This document shows, one piece after another, positions 9,051 to 18,741 of a stretch of DNA of 64,000 nt (positions are counted from its first letter, which is position 1; each line of letters begins with the position of its first letter). The translations under genes and the position numbers were made by a program. The notes beneath the pieces were generated by a model. It made no database searches. It was given only the letters and a program-made list of their open reading frames with translations, and was not told where the DNA came from. Location of the stretch: the sequence record PV340856.1; one strand, written 5' to 3'.

Positions 9051-9548
9051 ATGTCTCTTTGGGGAAATAAAGATACTGTATACGCGACTGGTAACATTAC
9101 CACGATCACCGATCAGGGTGTTGTTATTGGATCTGGCACTACATTCACCGACTCTGGTCTTGTTGAAGCTGGTCAAGTGATTTCCATGGGTGCTTATGGC
9201 AGTGGGGTCATTAAAGCGGTTCATTCAAATACTCAACTTACCCTTGACAGCCCTGCTGGATTGTCTGGTGTTTCTACAAGTGGAATCACACAATCTTTCA
9301 ATATCAGTGAGTCTCCTAAGTTTCTGGTTAAGGACAGCAACTGGGAAGGCAGTGAAATTTATGGTGCAGATCCAACGGAAGTTGGTGTTGCAAGAACTAC
9401 CATTTATTCTGTAGATCACGCTGGTTGGGTTGGTATCACCACATATACAGATACACACGGAAACACAAGAACCAAGACGGAAGTCTTTGTTGCAAGTTCT
9501 TCGATGCAACATGATGCTGCTGACGATTCTGTCCTCGCAGATAGTTGA
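9051..9548 (+). CDS. Late-expressed hypothetical/structural protein (MSLWGNKD...)
   Basis: ORF downstream of a late promoter; Thr/Gly-rich. Confidence 0.7.
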   Translation: MSLWGNKDTVYATGNITTITDQGVVIGSGTTFTDSGLVEAGQVISMGAYGSGVIKAVHSNTQLTLDSPAGLSGVSTSGITQSFNISESPKFLVKDSNWEGSEIYGADPTEVGVARTTIYSVDHAGWVGITTYTDTHGNTRTKTEVFVASSSMQHDAADDSVLADS

Positions 9549-9575
9549 TATATATTAAGGTTGATTTAATTGTTC

Positions 9576-9947
9576 ATGAAATTTACTGAGTTGAATGAAA
9601 ATAATTATGTGATATTTGCAATTAAAAATTATGAGAATCCACATGCTGTAACCAAAGAAGATTTTGAAGAAGATCTTAAACGGTTCAAATGGATTAAACG
9701 ATTGCTCAAACGATATAAAACAACAGGAGTGTTAAAGGCACATCTGTTGATTAATCATTTTATCATTTTGTATAATGTTTTTGGTGAAGCAGCAACTCCT
9801 TTGCTATTTTATAAAATTGATAGTCAGTTATGGCCTGTGGTGAAAACGTTTATCGTTTATTTGGGTAAATTTCCAGAATATCCAAAATCACATTTACATG
9901 ATGTTCCTTTAGATGATACTTGTTTAGATTGTCTGAAACAATTATGA
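9576..9947 (+). CDS. Conserved T4-like hypothetical protein (AIKNYENP...FEEDLKRFKWIKRL)
   Basis: Recalled as a family that commonly lies upstream of the primase in marine T4-like phages; not database-checked. Confidence 0.75.
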   Translation: MKFTELNENNYVIFAIKNYENPHAVTKEDFEEDLKRFKWIKRLLKRYKTTGVLKAHLLINHFIILYNVFGEAATPLLFYKIDSQLWPVVKTFIVYLGKFPEYPKSHLHDVPLDDTCLDCLKQL

Positions 9948-10120
9948 ATGAACATAGAGCACTCACAAACATGCGAAAAGTTGTGAGAGAAATGATGTCC
10001 GCTGGTACAGGTGGATTCACAAGTGCTGCAGATGAAAAGGGTCCCGTAGCGGGATTTGATCCTGTAATGTCTAAACCTTTGAAGAGGAAACTCAAAAAAG
10101 TAAAAGATATCAAAAAGTAA
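9944..10120 (+). CDS. Small hypothetical protein (VREMMSAGTGGFT...GPVAGFDPVM)
   Basis: ATG overlaps the upstream stop. Confidence 0.65.
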   Translation: MNEHRALTNMRKVVREMMSAGTGGFTSAADEKGPVAGFDPVMSKPLKRKLKKVKDIKK

Positions 10121-10121
10121 A

Positions 10122-10559
10122 ATGGCATTCGGTCTTGGTAAAATAGCGGTCCTTGAAAGCAAACTCGATATTTATGAAGACCTATCAAAAGAGATGCTCG
10201 ACAAGCTTGAAAAGGCAGTCGGGACTATCTCAGAAAACAGTAATAAGATTGCTGTGATTTTAGAGCGCCACGAAAACAGACTTGATGAAAGCGAGAGGGC
10301 AGATAAATTGATTATCGGTATGTTGGAAGAGATGAAAGCAAGGCACGAAAAGGATAATGAAACTATCCATCAGAGAGTGTCTGCTCTTCAAAAGAAAGTA
10401 GAGACCAATGCTAAGTTTGTGATTGGTGCTGGTGCTGTTCTTGCTACCATTGTGGCAATCCTACAAGTGGTCCCACCCGTCATAAAAGTCTTGACACCTT
10501 CAATATCTACAAGTATGATAGGGAGACAGGTATCCCTAGTTCATGATCTTCGTAGATGA
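10122..10559 (+). CDS. Coiled-coil protein with C-terminal TM segment
   Basis: Heptad-rich N-terminus; hydrophobic FVIGAGAVLATIVAILQVV. Confidence 0.75.
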   Translation: MAFGLGKIAVLESKLDIYEDLSKEMLDKLEKAVGTISENSNKIAVILERHENRLDESERADKLIIGMLEEMKARHEKDNETIHQRVSALQKKVETNAKFVIGAGAVLATIVAILQVVPPVIKVLTPSISTSMIGRQVSLVHDLRR

Positions 10560-11538
10560 CAAATATATCGGGATGATTTCATCTCGACTTACTAAATTTG
10601 CCAAAAAGAAGAACGGATTATATAACTTCAGATGCCCTTACTGTGGGGATTCTCAGAAACACAAGAATAAAGCCAGAGGGTATCTTTACATTGTAAAGAA
10701 CGATTATAACTTCAAGTGTCACAATTGTGGTACTACGAGAACTCTTGCCAACTTTTTGAAAGATCATGATTCAATCATTCATGATCAGTACATCATGGAG
10801 AGGTACAAACGTGGTGCCACGGGGAAAAGATCCAATACGGCTGCACCCAAATTCAAGTTTGAGAAGCCTGTTTTCAAGAAGAAACAAGAGCTAAATCTCA
10901 ACAAAGTCGTAAACCTAAATAAAGAACATCCCGCTCGAACCTACCTAGAAGAGAATAGACAACTTCCCAGTCAGGCACTGGAAGATATGTACTATGTCGA
11001 TAATTTTAAAGAGTGGACTAATACCCAAAAACAGACGTTTGATAGTGTAACAAATGACGAACCACGCATTATCATACCCCTTAGGTATAATGGAAAGATA
11101 ATTGGATATCAGGGAAGAGCTCTTCTTCCAAAATCGAAGATCAAGTACATAACGATCATGCTGGAGGAGGATGCTCCGAAGGTTTTTGGTCTTGACAAAA
11201 TCAAAATTGAGGATCCAGTATATGTCGTCGAAGGACCCATCGACAGTTATTTCCTTGGAAATGCTATCGCTATGTGTGGTAGCGATGTTGACTTGCGCTC
11301 TCTTAATTATCAATTCGTATTCGTCTACGACAACGAACCAAGAAACAAGGAGATTGTTGAGAAGATTGCAAGAGCCACCGAGCAAGGTTATAAGGTAGTT
11401 ATTTTCCCAAAGGAGGTTGTTGAGAAAGATTTAAATGACATGTATCTATCTGGACTAGATGTCCAAAATCTGGTAGAATCTAATATCTACCAAGGTTTAG
11501 AAGCCAAACTAAAATTACAGACCTGGAAACGAGTATGA
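10543..11538 (+). CDS. gp61: DNA primase (T4 gp61 family)
   Basis: Zn finger FRCPYCGDS...FKCHNCG; TOPRIM VVEGPIDS and YDNEPRN...KDLND. Confidence 0.96.
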   Translation: MIFVDDKYIGMISSRLTKFAKKKNGLYNFRCPYCGDSQKHKNKARGYLYIVKNDYNFKCHNCGTTRTLANFLKDHDSIIHDQYIMERYKRGATGKRSNTAAPKFKFEKPVFKKKQELNLNKVVNLNKEHPARTYLEENRQLPSQALEDMYYVDNFKEWTNTQKQTFDSVTNDEPRIIIPLRYNGKIIGYQGRALLPKSKIKYITIMLEEDAPKVFGLDKIKIEDPVYVVEGPIDSYFLGNAIAMCGSDVDLRSLNYQFVFVYDNEPRNKEIVEKIARATEQGYKVVIFPKEVVEKDLNDMYLSGLDVQNLVESNIYQGLEAKLKLQTWKRV

Positions 11539-13835
11539 GCAATGGTATTAAGGTAGTTAAGAGAAGTGGGAATATTGAGTCTCTTAACTTGGAAAAACTT
11601 CACAAGATGGTAGATGCTGCTTGTGATGGTCTTGCGGGAGTGTCTGCAAGTCAAGTAGAAATTAATTCTGGAATTCAGTTTTATGATGGCATCACTACTG
11701 CTGAGATTCAAGAGATTCTTATTCGTAGTGCTAGTGACCTCATTGATCTTGATCATCCAAACTATCAGTTTGTAGCTGCTAGACTTCTTTTATTTGCACT
11801 GAGGAAGAGTTTGTATGGGGGAATGAGGGATCATCCTCCCCTTCACGAACAAATCCATAATGGTGTTGGAAAGAGAATTTATGATAAAGAAATTCTTGAT
11901 AACTATACCGACGAAGAAATTGAAAAGGTAAATAGTTTTATCGACCATGAACGTGATTTTCTTTTCACGTATGCTGGTCTTCGTCAGGTAATTGACAAGT
12001 ATCTCGTACAGGATCGTAGTACAGGTCAGGTGTATGAGACTCCTCAGTTCATGTATGCATTGATTGCCATGACGATCTTTGCCAAGTATCCTCAGGAAAA
12101 CCGACTCGATTATGTTAGAAGATACTACAACTCAATCAGCAAACACAAAATCAACATTCCCACACCTATCATGGCGGGAGTGCGAACTCCACTTCGACAA
12201 TTTGCTAGCTGTGTTCTTGTTGATGTTGATGACACCCTCGATAGCATCTTTAGTTCTGATATGGCAATTGGCAAATACGTTGCACAAAGGGCGGGAATCG
12301 GTATCAACGCAGGTAGAATCCGCGGCATCAACGCTAAGATCCGAGACGGAGAGGTTCAACACACAGGTGTGGTCCCCTTCCTCAAAAAGTTTGAGTCAAC
12401 TGTCAGATGCTGTACACAAAACGGGATCCGAGGTGGGTCAGCGACTGTCCACTTTCCTATCTGGCATCAAGAAATCGAAGACATCATTGTCCTAAAGAAT
12501 AATAAGGGAACAGAAGATAATCGTGTTCGTAAACTAGATTATTCTATTCAAATTTCCAAGTTGTTCTATGAACGTTTTATCCAAGATGGACAAATTTCTC
12601 TCTTCAGTCCTCACAACGTTCCTGGTCTGTATGATGCTTTCGGCACTGATCGATTTGATGATCTATATGTGGGTTACGAACAAGATCTCCGAGTTCCAAG
12701 AAAGACGGTTAAGGCTCAGGAGTTAATTCTCGATATCCTTAAAGAACGTGCTGAGACTGGTCGTCTTTATATCATGAACATCGACCATTGTAATAGTCAC
12801 TCCTCCTTTATTGATAAGATTAACATGAGTAATCTCTGTCAGGAGATCACTCTTCCAACTGATCCTATTCAACACATTGATGATATTTCTGGAGAAATTG
12901 CTCTCTGTATTCTCTCCGCAATTAATATTGGTAAACTTCGCAATACGGAAGAATTGGAGGAACTGTGTGATCTTTCTGTTCGCTCTCTTGACGAGTTGAT
13001 CGACTATCAGCAGTATCCAGTTAAGGCTGCAGAACTTGCCACAATGGGTCGTAGATCTCTTGGAATAGGTTATATCGGTCTTGCACATTATCTCGCTAAG
13101 AACGGCTGGAGATACGACTCACAGGACGCTTGGGATGCGGTTCACAAACTCACGGAGAGTTTCCAATATTATCTACTGAAGGCATCTAATCAACTCTCTA
13201 GAGAGAAGGGTGCTTGTGTTGATTTCCCAAGAACAAAATATTATGAGGGTTTACTCCCTATTGATACATATAAAACTGATGTAGATGAAATTACTACCCA
13301 GGAGCTCCAACATGATTGGGAATCTCTTAGATCATCTATCACCACGCACGGATTACGGCACTCAACACTGTCTGCTCAGATGCCATCGGAGAGCAGTTCC
13401 GTTGTGTCAAACGCAACAAATGGAATCGAGCCACCTAGAGGGTATCTGTCCGTTAAGAAGAGCAAGAAGGGACCGCTTAAACAGATTGTCCCGCAATACC
13501 AAACTCTTAAAAATAATTACAGTCTTCTGTGGGATATGCCTGACAATAGTGGGTATATCAATATTGTTGCTGTGATGCAGAAATTCTTTGACCAGGCAAT
13601 TTCTGGTAACTGGAGTTACAATCCAGAAAATTATCCCAATAATGAAGTCCCCGTTTCTGTTATGGCAAATGATCTATTAACTACATATAAGTACGGGTGG
13701 AAGACTTCATATTATCAAAATACTTATGATAATAAGACCGATGAGGTCTCAGACGAAAAACAAAATAAACTTAACGAATTGATTCAAGAATTAAGTTCAG
13801 CAGAGGAGGAAGCTTGTGACAGCTGTGCAGTTTAA
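11535..13835 (+). CDS. nrdA: Ribonucleotide reductase class Ia alpha subunit with N-terminal ATP cone
   Basis: VVKRSG ATP cone, PTPIMAG, FASCVL, SNLCQEI, LCILSAIN, MPSESSS, C-terminal CDSCAV. Confidence 0.98.
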   Translation: MSNGIKVVKRSGNIESLNLEKLHKMVDAACDGLAGVSASQVEINSGIQFYDGITTAEIQEILIRSASDLIDLDHPNYQFVAARLLLFALRKSLYGGMRDHPPLHEQIHNGVGKRIYDKEILDNYTDEEIEKVNSFIDHERDFLFTYAGLRQVIDKYLVQDRSTGQVYETPQFMYALIAMTIFAKYPQENRLDYVRRYYNSISKHKINIPTPIMAGVRTPLRQFASCVLVDVDDTLDSIFSSDMAIGKYVAQRAGIGINAGRIRGINAKIRDGEVQHTGVVPFLKKFESTVRCCTQNGIRGGSATVHFPIWHQEIEDIIVLKNNKGTEDNRVRKLDYSIQISKLFYERFIQDGQISLFSPHNVPGLYDAFGTDRFDDLYVGYEQDLRVPRKTVKAQELILDILKERAETGRLYIMNIDHCNSHSSFIDKINMSNLCQEITLPTDPIQHIDDISGEIALCILSAINIGKLRNTEELEELCDLSVRSLDELIDYQQYPVKAAELATMGRRSLGIGYIGLAHYLAKNGWRYDSQDAWDAVHKLTESFQYYLLKASNQLSREKGACVDFPRTKYYEGLLPIDTYKTDVDEITTQELQHDWESLRSSITTHGLRHSTLSAQMPSESSSVVSNATNGIEPPRGYLSVKKSKKGPLKQIVPQYQTLKNNYSLLWDMPDNSGYINIVAVMQKFFDQAISGNWSYNPENYPNNEVPVSVMANDLLTTYKYGWKTSYYQNTYDNKTDEVSDEKQNKLNELIQELSSAEEEACDSCAV

Positions 13836-14994
13836 ACTCACCCAGAAAGATAGTATTCAAGGTATGACGGTCTTTAATACCGAACAAGTAGATACTAAAA
13901 AACAACCAATGTTTTTCGGACAACCCTTAGGAATCCAGAGATACGATTCATACAAATACCCAGTATTCGATAAACTTACAACACAACAACTAGGATACTT
14001 CTGGAGACCAGAAGAAGTTTCGCTGCAGAAAGACCGTGGGGATTATCAAACACTTCGCCCAGAACAAAAGCATATCTATACCTCTAATCTCAAGTACCAG
14101 ATTATGCTTGACTCCATTCAAGGGCGTGGTCCTGGGATGGCTTTTATTCCTTACTGCAGCTTACCTGAGTTAGAGGCATGTATGGAGGTCTGGGGATTCA
14201 TGGAAATGATCCACAGTCGATCCTACACCTACATCATCAAGAACGTCTATCCAGATCCTTCCGATGTATTTGATAAGATCGTGACCGATGAACGCATCCT
14301 AGAACGTGCCTCAAGTGTTACAGAGGGATATAATGATTTCATTCAAAGTGCTCATCATTATGATGCTACTAATGATTGGAAACATGCTTTGGAAGACGTT
14401 CCCTATGCATTAGAAGGCAAGTATGAACTCAAACGAAAACTCTATAGAGCAATTGCAAATGTTAACGTTCTTGAGGGTATTCGATTCTATGTTAGTTTTG
14501 CTTGTAGTTTTGCCTTTGGTGAACTCAAACTTATGGAGGGATCCGCTAAAATCATTTCCCTCATTGCAAGAGATGAGAATCAACACTTGGCAATCACTCA
14601 GAATATTCTGAACAAGTGGAATCAAGGTGATGATCCTGAAATGAAACAGATCATGAAGGAAGAGGAAGAGTGGACGTATAAAATGTTTGATAATGCCGTT
14701 AGTGAGGAAAAGCGTTGGGCTGAGTATCTTTTCAAGGATGGATCTATGATTGGTTTAAATGACAAACTACTTCAGAAGTATGTTGAGTGGGTTGCTAATC
14801 GTCGTCTAAAGGCAATTGGTCTTAAACCAGTTTATGATGTTGCTGCTAAGAACAATCCTTTGCCCTGGACACAACACTGGATCTCTTCTAAGGGTCTTCA
14901 AGTCGCTCCTCAGGAGACAGAAGTGGAGTCTTATATTGTTGGTGGTATCAAACAAGACATGAAGAAAAATGCTTTTGCTGGATTCCAACTATGA
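13816..14994 (+). CDS. nrdB: Ribonucleotide reductase class Ia beta subunit
   Basis: FWRPEEVSL, EMIHSRSY, LEGIRFYVSFA, RDENQH, APQETEVESY. Confidence 0.98.
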   Translation: MTAVQFKLTQKDSIQGMTVFNTEQVDTKKQPMFFGQPLGIQRYDSYKYPVFDKLTTQQLGYFWRPEEVSLQKDRGDYQTLRPEQKHIYTSNLKYQIMLDSIQGRGPGMAFIPYCSLPELEACMEVWGFMEMIHSRSYTYIIKNVYPDPSDVFDKIVTDERILERASSVTEGYNDFIQSAHHYDATNDWKHALEDVPYALEGKYELKRKLYRAIANVNVLEGIRFYVSFACSFAFGELKLMEGSAKIISLIARDENQHLAITQNILNKWNQGDDPEMKQIMKEEEEWTYKMFDNAVSEEKRWAEYLFKDGSMIGLNDKLLQKYVEWVANRRLKAIGLKPVYDVAAKNNPLPWTQHWISSKGLQVAPQETEVESYIVGGIKQDMKKNAFAGFQL

Positions 14995-15140
14995 CAGAAA
15001 TACCTGAGTGGAAGAAGAGGGCCCTACAGGATCCAAGTCTTCCACAAAGACAATTAGAAGTCTTAATGAAAGGACCCAAGTCTCTCACTGATGCTTGGTT
15101 CCTTCAAGCAATGAGATTTAAGTACGGCAGGGACAGCTGA
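14991..15140 (+). CDS. 49-aa hypothetical protein
   Basis: Own translation MTEIPEWKKRALQDPSLPQRQLEVLMKGPKSLTDAWFLQAMRFKYGRDS; ATGA overlap with nrdB. Confidence 0.65.
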   Translation: MTEIPEWKKRALQDPSLPQRQLEVLMKGPKSLTDAWFLQAMRFKYGRDS

Positions 15141-15204
15141 TAATTACTGGACTCTTATACCCAAGAGGTGTATTTAATAAATAAAACTGCCTTACAACTT
15201 TTTC

Positions 15205-15480
15205 ATGGAAACTCCTGGAAAGGATAAACCTAAGAAGGAAAAGTTTGACTGGGCGGACGAAGGTCTGTCCGCATTGGTGCGTGTTGTTATTCTATCGTGG
15301 TCCGCAGCAATTCTTACACTTAATTATGTAACTATTCCTGGGTTACAACAGAAACAAATCGATCCCACATTTATTGCGAGTGTCTTTACGGGCACGCTAG
15401 CCACTTTTGGCGTTCAGGCGACAAAGAAAAAAGATGACGAAGTGAAAAAAGAGGATTCTAAAGATGCAAAAATTAATTAA
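15205..15480 (+). CDS. Small two-TM membrane protein
   Basis: Hydrophobic segments LVRVVILSWSAAILTLNYV and FIASVFTGTLATFGV; basic termini. Confidence 0.75.
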   Translation: METPGKDKPKKEKFDWADEGLSALVRVVILSWSAAILTLNYVTIPGLQQKQIDPTFIASVFTGTLATFGVQATKKKDDEVKKEDSKDAKIN

Positions 15481-15700
15481 TGTTGTAGCACTGCTGTCTG
15501 GTCTCACCTCTCTTGGTATGGTCAGCGGCGGTGTTTATTTGTATACACAAAAAGATGTTCTCGTAGAGAACGCTATCAATAAAGTTACTAAAGCTGCTAT
15601 AGAAGGCGTTAGTAACGCTCTCCCAGGAATGTTAGACTCTGTTATTCCTAAACCACCCGAACTTCCTAAACAAACTGGTGGTGTAATTCCTGGTATCTAA
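15464..15700 (+). CDS. Small single-TM protein
   Basis: MQKLINVVALLSGLTSLGMVSGGVYLY; Pro-rich tail. Confidence 0.75.
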   Translation: MQKLINVVALLSGLTSLGMVSGGVYLYTQKDVLVENAINKVTKAAIEGVSNALPGMLDSVIPKPPELPKQTGGVIPGI

Positions 15701-16506
15701 TGGATATTCCTGAAATTAAAGTCAGGGCTCTGGATGTTGGACCTATTGATATATGGGTTGCTCCAGAACCTAGGACTCCTGTCGTCCCTCCAATCTACCC
15801 TGTGACCACACAGATCGGTGTGCCCGTTGTGGACATGCCTGGGTGTGTAGAAGCGCACGAAGTAAACGAAAAAGATAACTTTAAGATCAATGAAGACGAT
15901 CCTAAAGGAGTCAAGGTGTTCTGTGATGCAGGTGTGCCATCATTTAATCCGATGGACTACAATAAGAAAAAATTAAAAATGACTGGTGAACGTCCCATCC
16001 CAGAAATGAAAATGGACGGGTCAAAAAAAGAAACAACTGATAACAGTACACCTCAAACTAAAATACCAAAATCTCCAGAAATACCGCCTGTAATCAGAGA
16101 GTGTCCTACTGATGAACAACTATCAAAGGAACCATTAGGGTTTATATTTGATGGTGGTAGAAAAATTATTACAGGGTATGAGTTGTCTCCTGCTGGTCAA
16201 TGTATACGTATCATAGAGAATGTACCTATCATTGAACAAGCCATAAATGGATTGCCCCCAGTAGAAGTTGTGGTAACTACTGGAGGCATTGCTGTGGTTG
16301 CTACCACATCTGCACTGATTGCTAAACCCTTTGCAGATATTCTTCTTAAGGTGATTAAACCTACTGTGAAAAAAGTCCTGAAGAAGATTGCTTCTATCAG
16401 GGGTAAGAAATTGAAACTCCAGTCCTTAAGGGACCGCCGAGTAGAGCAGCGTCAGAGGAATGCTGCGATTCGCGCTCTTCGGGTTGGTCCGAAGACGAAG
16501 AAGTAG
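15700..16506 (+). CDS. Hypothetical protein with two Cys pairs and C-terminal hydrophobic/basic tail
   Basis: MPGCVEAH...VFCDAG and ECP...QC; VVTTGGIAVVATTSALIA followed by a K/R-rich end. Confidence 0.75.
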   Translation: MDIPEIKVRALDVGPIDIWVAPEPRTPVVPPIYPVTTQIGVPVVDMPGCVEAHEVNEKDNFKINEDDPKGVKVFCDAGVPSFNPMDYNKKKLKMTGERPIPEMKMDGSKKETTDNSTPQTKIPKSPEIPPVIRECPTDEQLSKEPLGFIFDGGRKIITGYELSPAGQCIRIIENVPIIEQAINGLPPVEVVVTTGGIAVVATTSALIAKPFADILLKVIKPTVKKVLKKIASIRGKKLKLQSLRDRRVEQRQRNAAIRALRVGPKTKK

Positions 16507-17332
16507 ATGGGATCGTATGTCTGTGTGGTGCAATATCATTCTTATTCATTACTACCACATCAGCACATACTTTATAGTAACGACTCTTGGGGTGGAACAT
16601 GATTCCCTTCTGCATTAATTCGCCACAATTTTTGAGTCTAGCGATCTCAAAATCTAACCGTTTATTGGCAGTAATTTGTTGTTGTAATTCGATTTGTGTT
16701 GTAGCAGCTTTCTTACACAGGTCTTGCAACTTTTTATCAGTTGGTGTACTCCATGTCATAGAGAAACCAACACCTAGACTGTAGTTATCTTTTTGACCAG
16801 TTCTGGTTTTCTTTCTGAAAAGAATGTTTCCTGGGTTGTCTAAAACACCATCTCCTATTGGATTGCCATCTGCATCGAAAGCACCGAAATTATCGGTAAT
16901 ATCATATACGGGGTCCATGTAATGGGGCTCATATGGTTTAGAAGCAGAAGCAGTTCCTGTTACATATGGAGTAAAATTACGAGTGGGTCCTTGACATTGG
17001 ATCCCTCCTCCGTAAGTATTAGTAATATATGGTCCTTGCAAAACCTGCACAGCTTGATTGGTCACCGAGCCAGAGCTATTTGCGATTGGACTTGCTGTTG
17101 CACTTACACCCCCTACAGTCTCCGCCAGAGTGGCAGGGACAGTCGCAATTGATGTTAGACATAGAGTTACTGGGAGAAGATACTTGTGGTGTCTGTTACG
17201 CTTGTAACCTCGGTCGTTCTTTGGATAATCGTATGATTTTGCAAACCAGGGCCTGAGTAAGTTTCTGTGAACTGAAACGCTGCTCCTGGTGTCGTCTGTG
17301 TGAATGTTGGTTTGTTGTTGACGCCTGTCCAT
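16397..17332 (-). CDS. Secreted/outer-membrane-like hypothetical protein (start uncertain)
   Basis: Internal signal-like segment KYLLPVTLCLTSIATVPATLA; beta-strand YSLGVGFSMTW; Cys-bearing helical region. Confidence 0.7.
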   Translation of the reverse strand: MDRRQQQTNIHTDDTRSSVSVHRNLLRPWFAKSYDYPKNDRGYKRNRHHKYLLPVTLCLTSIATVPATLAETVGGVSATASPIANSSGSVTNQAVQVLQGPYITNTYGGGIQCQGPTRNFTPYVTGTASASKPYEPHYMDPVYDITDNFGAFDADGNPIGDGVLDNPGNILFRKKTRTGQKDNYSLGVGFSMTWSTPTDKKLQDLCKKAATTQIELQQQITANKRLDFEIARLKNCGELMQKGIMFHPKSRYYKVCADVVVMNKNDIAPHRHTIPSTSSSSDQPEERESQHSSDAALLGGPLRTGVSISYP

Positions 17333-17586
17333 GTCGAACTCACTCCATTAATAGTTACATTATTTGTTCCTGTCCCTGGTGATAAGTTACCAGATGCATT
17401 CACTCCACTTCCTGTAGCAGAGTATTGATACCCTGTGCTATAGTCCATCGAATTGATGGTTTCTGTGATCTTTTGTGTCGTCTCTGTGTGGCTAGTCATG
17501 GAGCCCTGTGTGAAGTTCGGGACCACGGGGACCGCTTGCACTGCAGGCGATCCTAACAATAACGCCACGAAAAGTAGTCTTTTCAT
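17167..17586 (-). CDS. Secreted Thr-rich beta protein
   Basis: Sec signal MKRLLFVALLLGSPAVQA; mature start VPVVPNFTQGSMTSHTETT. Confidence 0.8.
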   Translation of the reverse strand: MKRLLFVALLLGSPAVQAVPVVPNFTQGSMTSHTETTQKITETINSMDYSTGYQYSATGSGVNASGNLSPGTGTNNVTINGVSSTWTGVNNKPTFTQTTPGAAFQFTETYSGPGLQNHTIIQRTTEVTSVTDTTSIFSQ

Positions 17587-17598
17587 GACTATTTAACC

Positions 17599-18105
17599 TC
17601 AGTCGATAACAGTGATTTCCGTAACGAATTGTCCTGTAGCAACAGTACCAGCACCACCAGCAGTCAATGACATTGTGTGAGCATTATCAATCGTACCTGC
17701 TAGTGATCCAGCAGTACCTGCTGTGTAAGCAGTAACATTAGAGAAATTTGGTGTATCTCCTGTTGTTACAGCAGCAGAAGGAACAGCATCACCTTGACTG
17801 TATGTAGCAGAGAAGGAGAAAGCATCACCATCTGTTGCCTGTGTTGCTGTGATAGTGGATGTAGCAGCAGTAAAACCATCACTGGTCATACCGATAGCAT
17901 TACCTACAGTTCCAGAAGTGGTGCCGTCAGTCGTATTTACACCAGTGCCAGAGATGGACATCGAATGTCCAATTCTTGTAGCAGTTGAACGAGCAGCATC
18001 AACAGTAAGTTGAACACTGGATGCGTGCTTAGTAACGAGTCCGCCAGCATTTGCTGTTGCAGCGGTCATCAGTAACATTCCAAAAGCAATTATTGCTTTT
18101 TTCAT
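17599..18105 (-). CDS. Secreted Thr/Ala/Gly-rich beta protein
   Basis: Sec signal MKKAIIAFGMLLMTAATANA; shares motifs with 17167-17586. Confidence 0.8.
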   Translation of the reverse strand: MKKAIIAFGMLLMTAATANAGGLVTKHASSVQLTVDAARSTATRIGHSMSISGTGVNTTDGTTSGTVGNAIGMTSDGFTAATSTITATQATDGDAFSFSATYSQGDAVPSAAVTTGDTPNFSNVTAYTAGTAGSLAGTIDNAHTMSLTAGGAGTVATGQFVTEITVID

Positions 18106-18150
18106 TGTTGGTCATAGGATTATGAACAGCTGTATTTAGTGAATTTTAAA

Positions 18151-18741
18151 TTAGAAATATCTTAGTGTATATGTAGATGTGTCGATCTCCACTCTTGATA
18201 CTCTTTGTCCATCACTTTCTCTGTTAGTCGTGATGATTTGTTGTCCTGCAGAAGCTTTGAAATTATTAAATGTTTGAGTTGCTGTTGGATTATAAAAACC
18301 GTATCCTGGAATGTTGCCAGTTTCTGCTTCTTTGAGTGGAGTTCCTCCCTGGAATCCATCAGCGGTTATGATAACTGGATCCGTGCCAACTTGATCGTAC
18401 CAAGTTCCTCTTAGATCTAATACAATTCTAGGAGAATTATTACCAGGAGCGGATAAAATTGCAGGCACATCAATCAAAATGGATTCATATCCATCATCTG
18501 TGGATAGTGTGTTATCTCCACCCCATTCCATATATGTAACTGTTTGATCATTATTTTGAATCTTAGTGCCTTTTCTTGCACCAACAGATCCGATTAAGTT
18601 TGGTTCGATAAACTTCGCGATGATATCAAAGTCTTTTCCGTTTGTCCAATTCCAGTTGAATACTAAAAAATTGCAATAAAAAACTGCTGGATCAAATACC
18701 GTTCCTCGGGACTTGCCGATTCCAAATGCGAGTGGTGACAT
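18151..18741 (-). CDS. Hypothetical protein, possible fibre-associated adhesin
   Basis: 196-aa ORF in the fibre island; function inferred from context only. Confidence 0.6.
   Translation of the reverse strand: MSPLAFGIGKSRGTVFDPAVFYCNFLVFNWNWTNGKDFDIIAKFIEPNLIGSVGARKGTKIQNNDQTVTYMEWGGDNTLSTDDGYESILIDVPAILSAPGNNSPRIVLDLRGTWYDQVGTDPVIITADGFQGGTPLKEAETGNIPGYGFYNPTATQTFNNFKASAGQQIITTNRESDGQRVSRVEIDTSTYTLRYF

Noticed and set aside
10122-10559. Holin call for the coiled-coil/TM protein before primase
   Set aside because: The topology is compatible, but there is no adjacent lysin or recognisable family motif; left as hypothetical.
11535-14994. Introns or inteins in nrdA/nrdB (also checked psbA, psbD, thyX)
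   Set aside because: The ORFs are continuous and of normal length, with no LAGLIDADG/HINT motifs seen.
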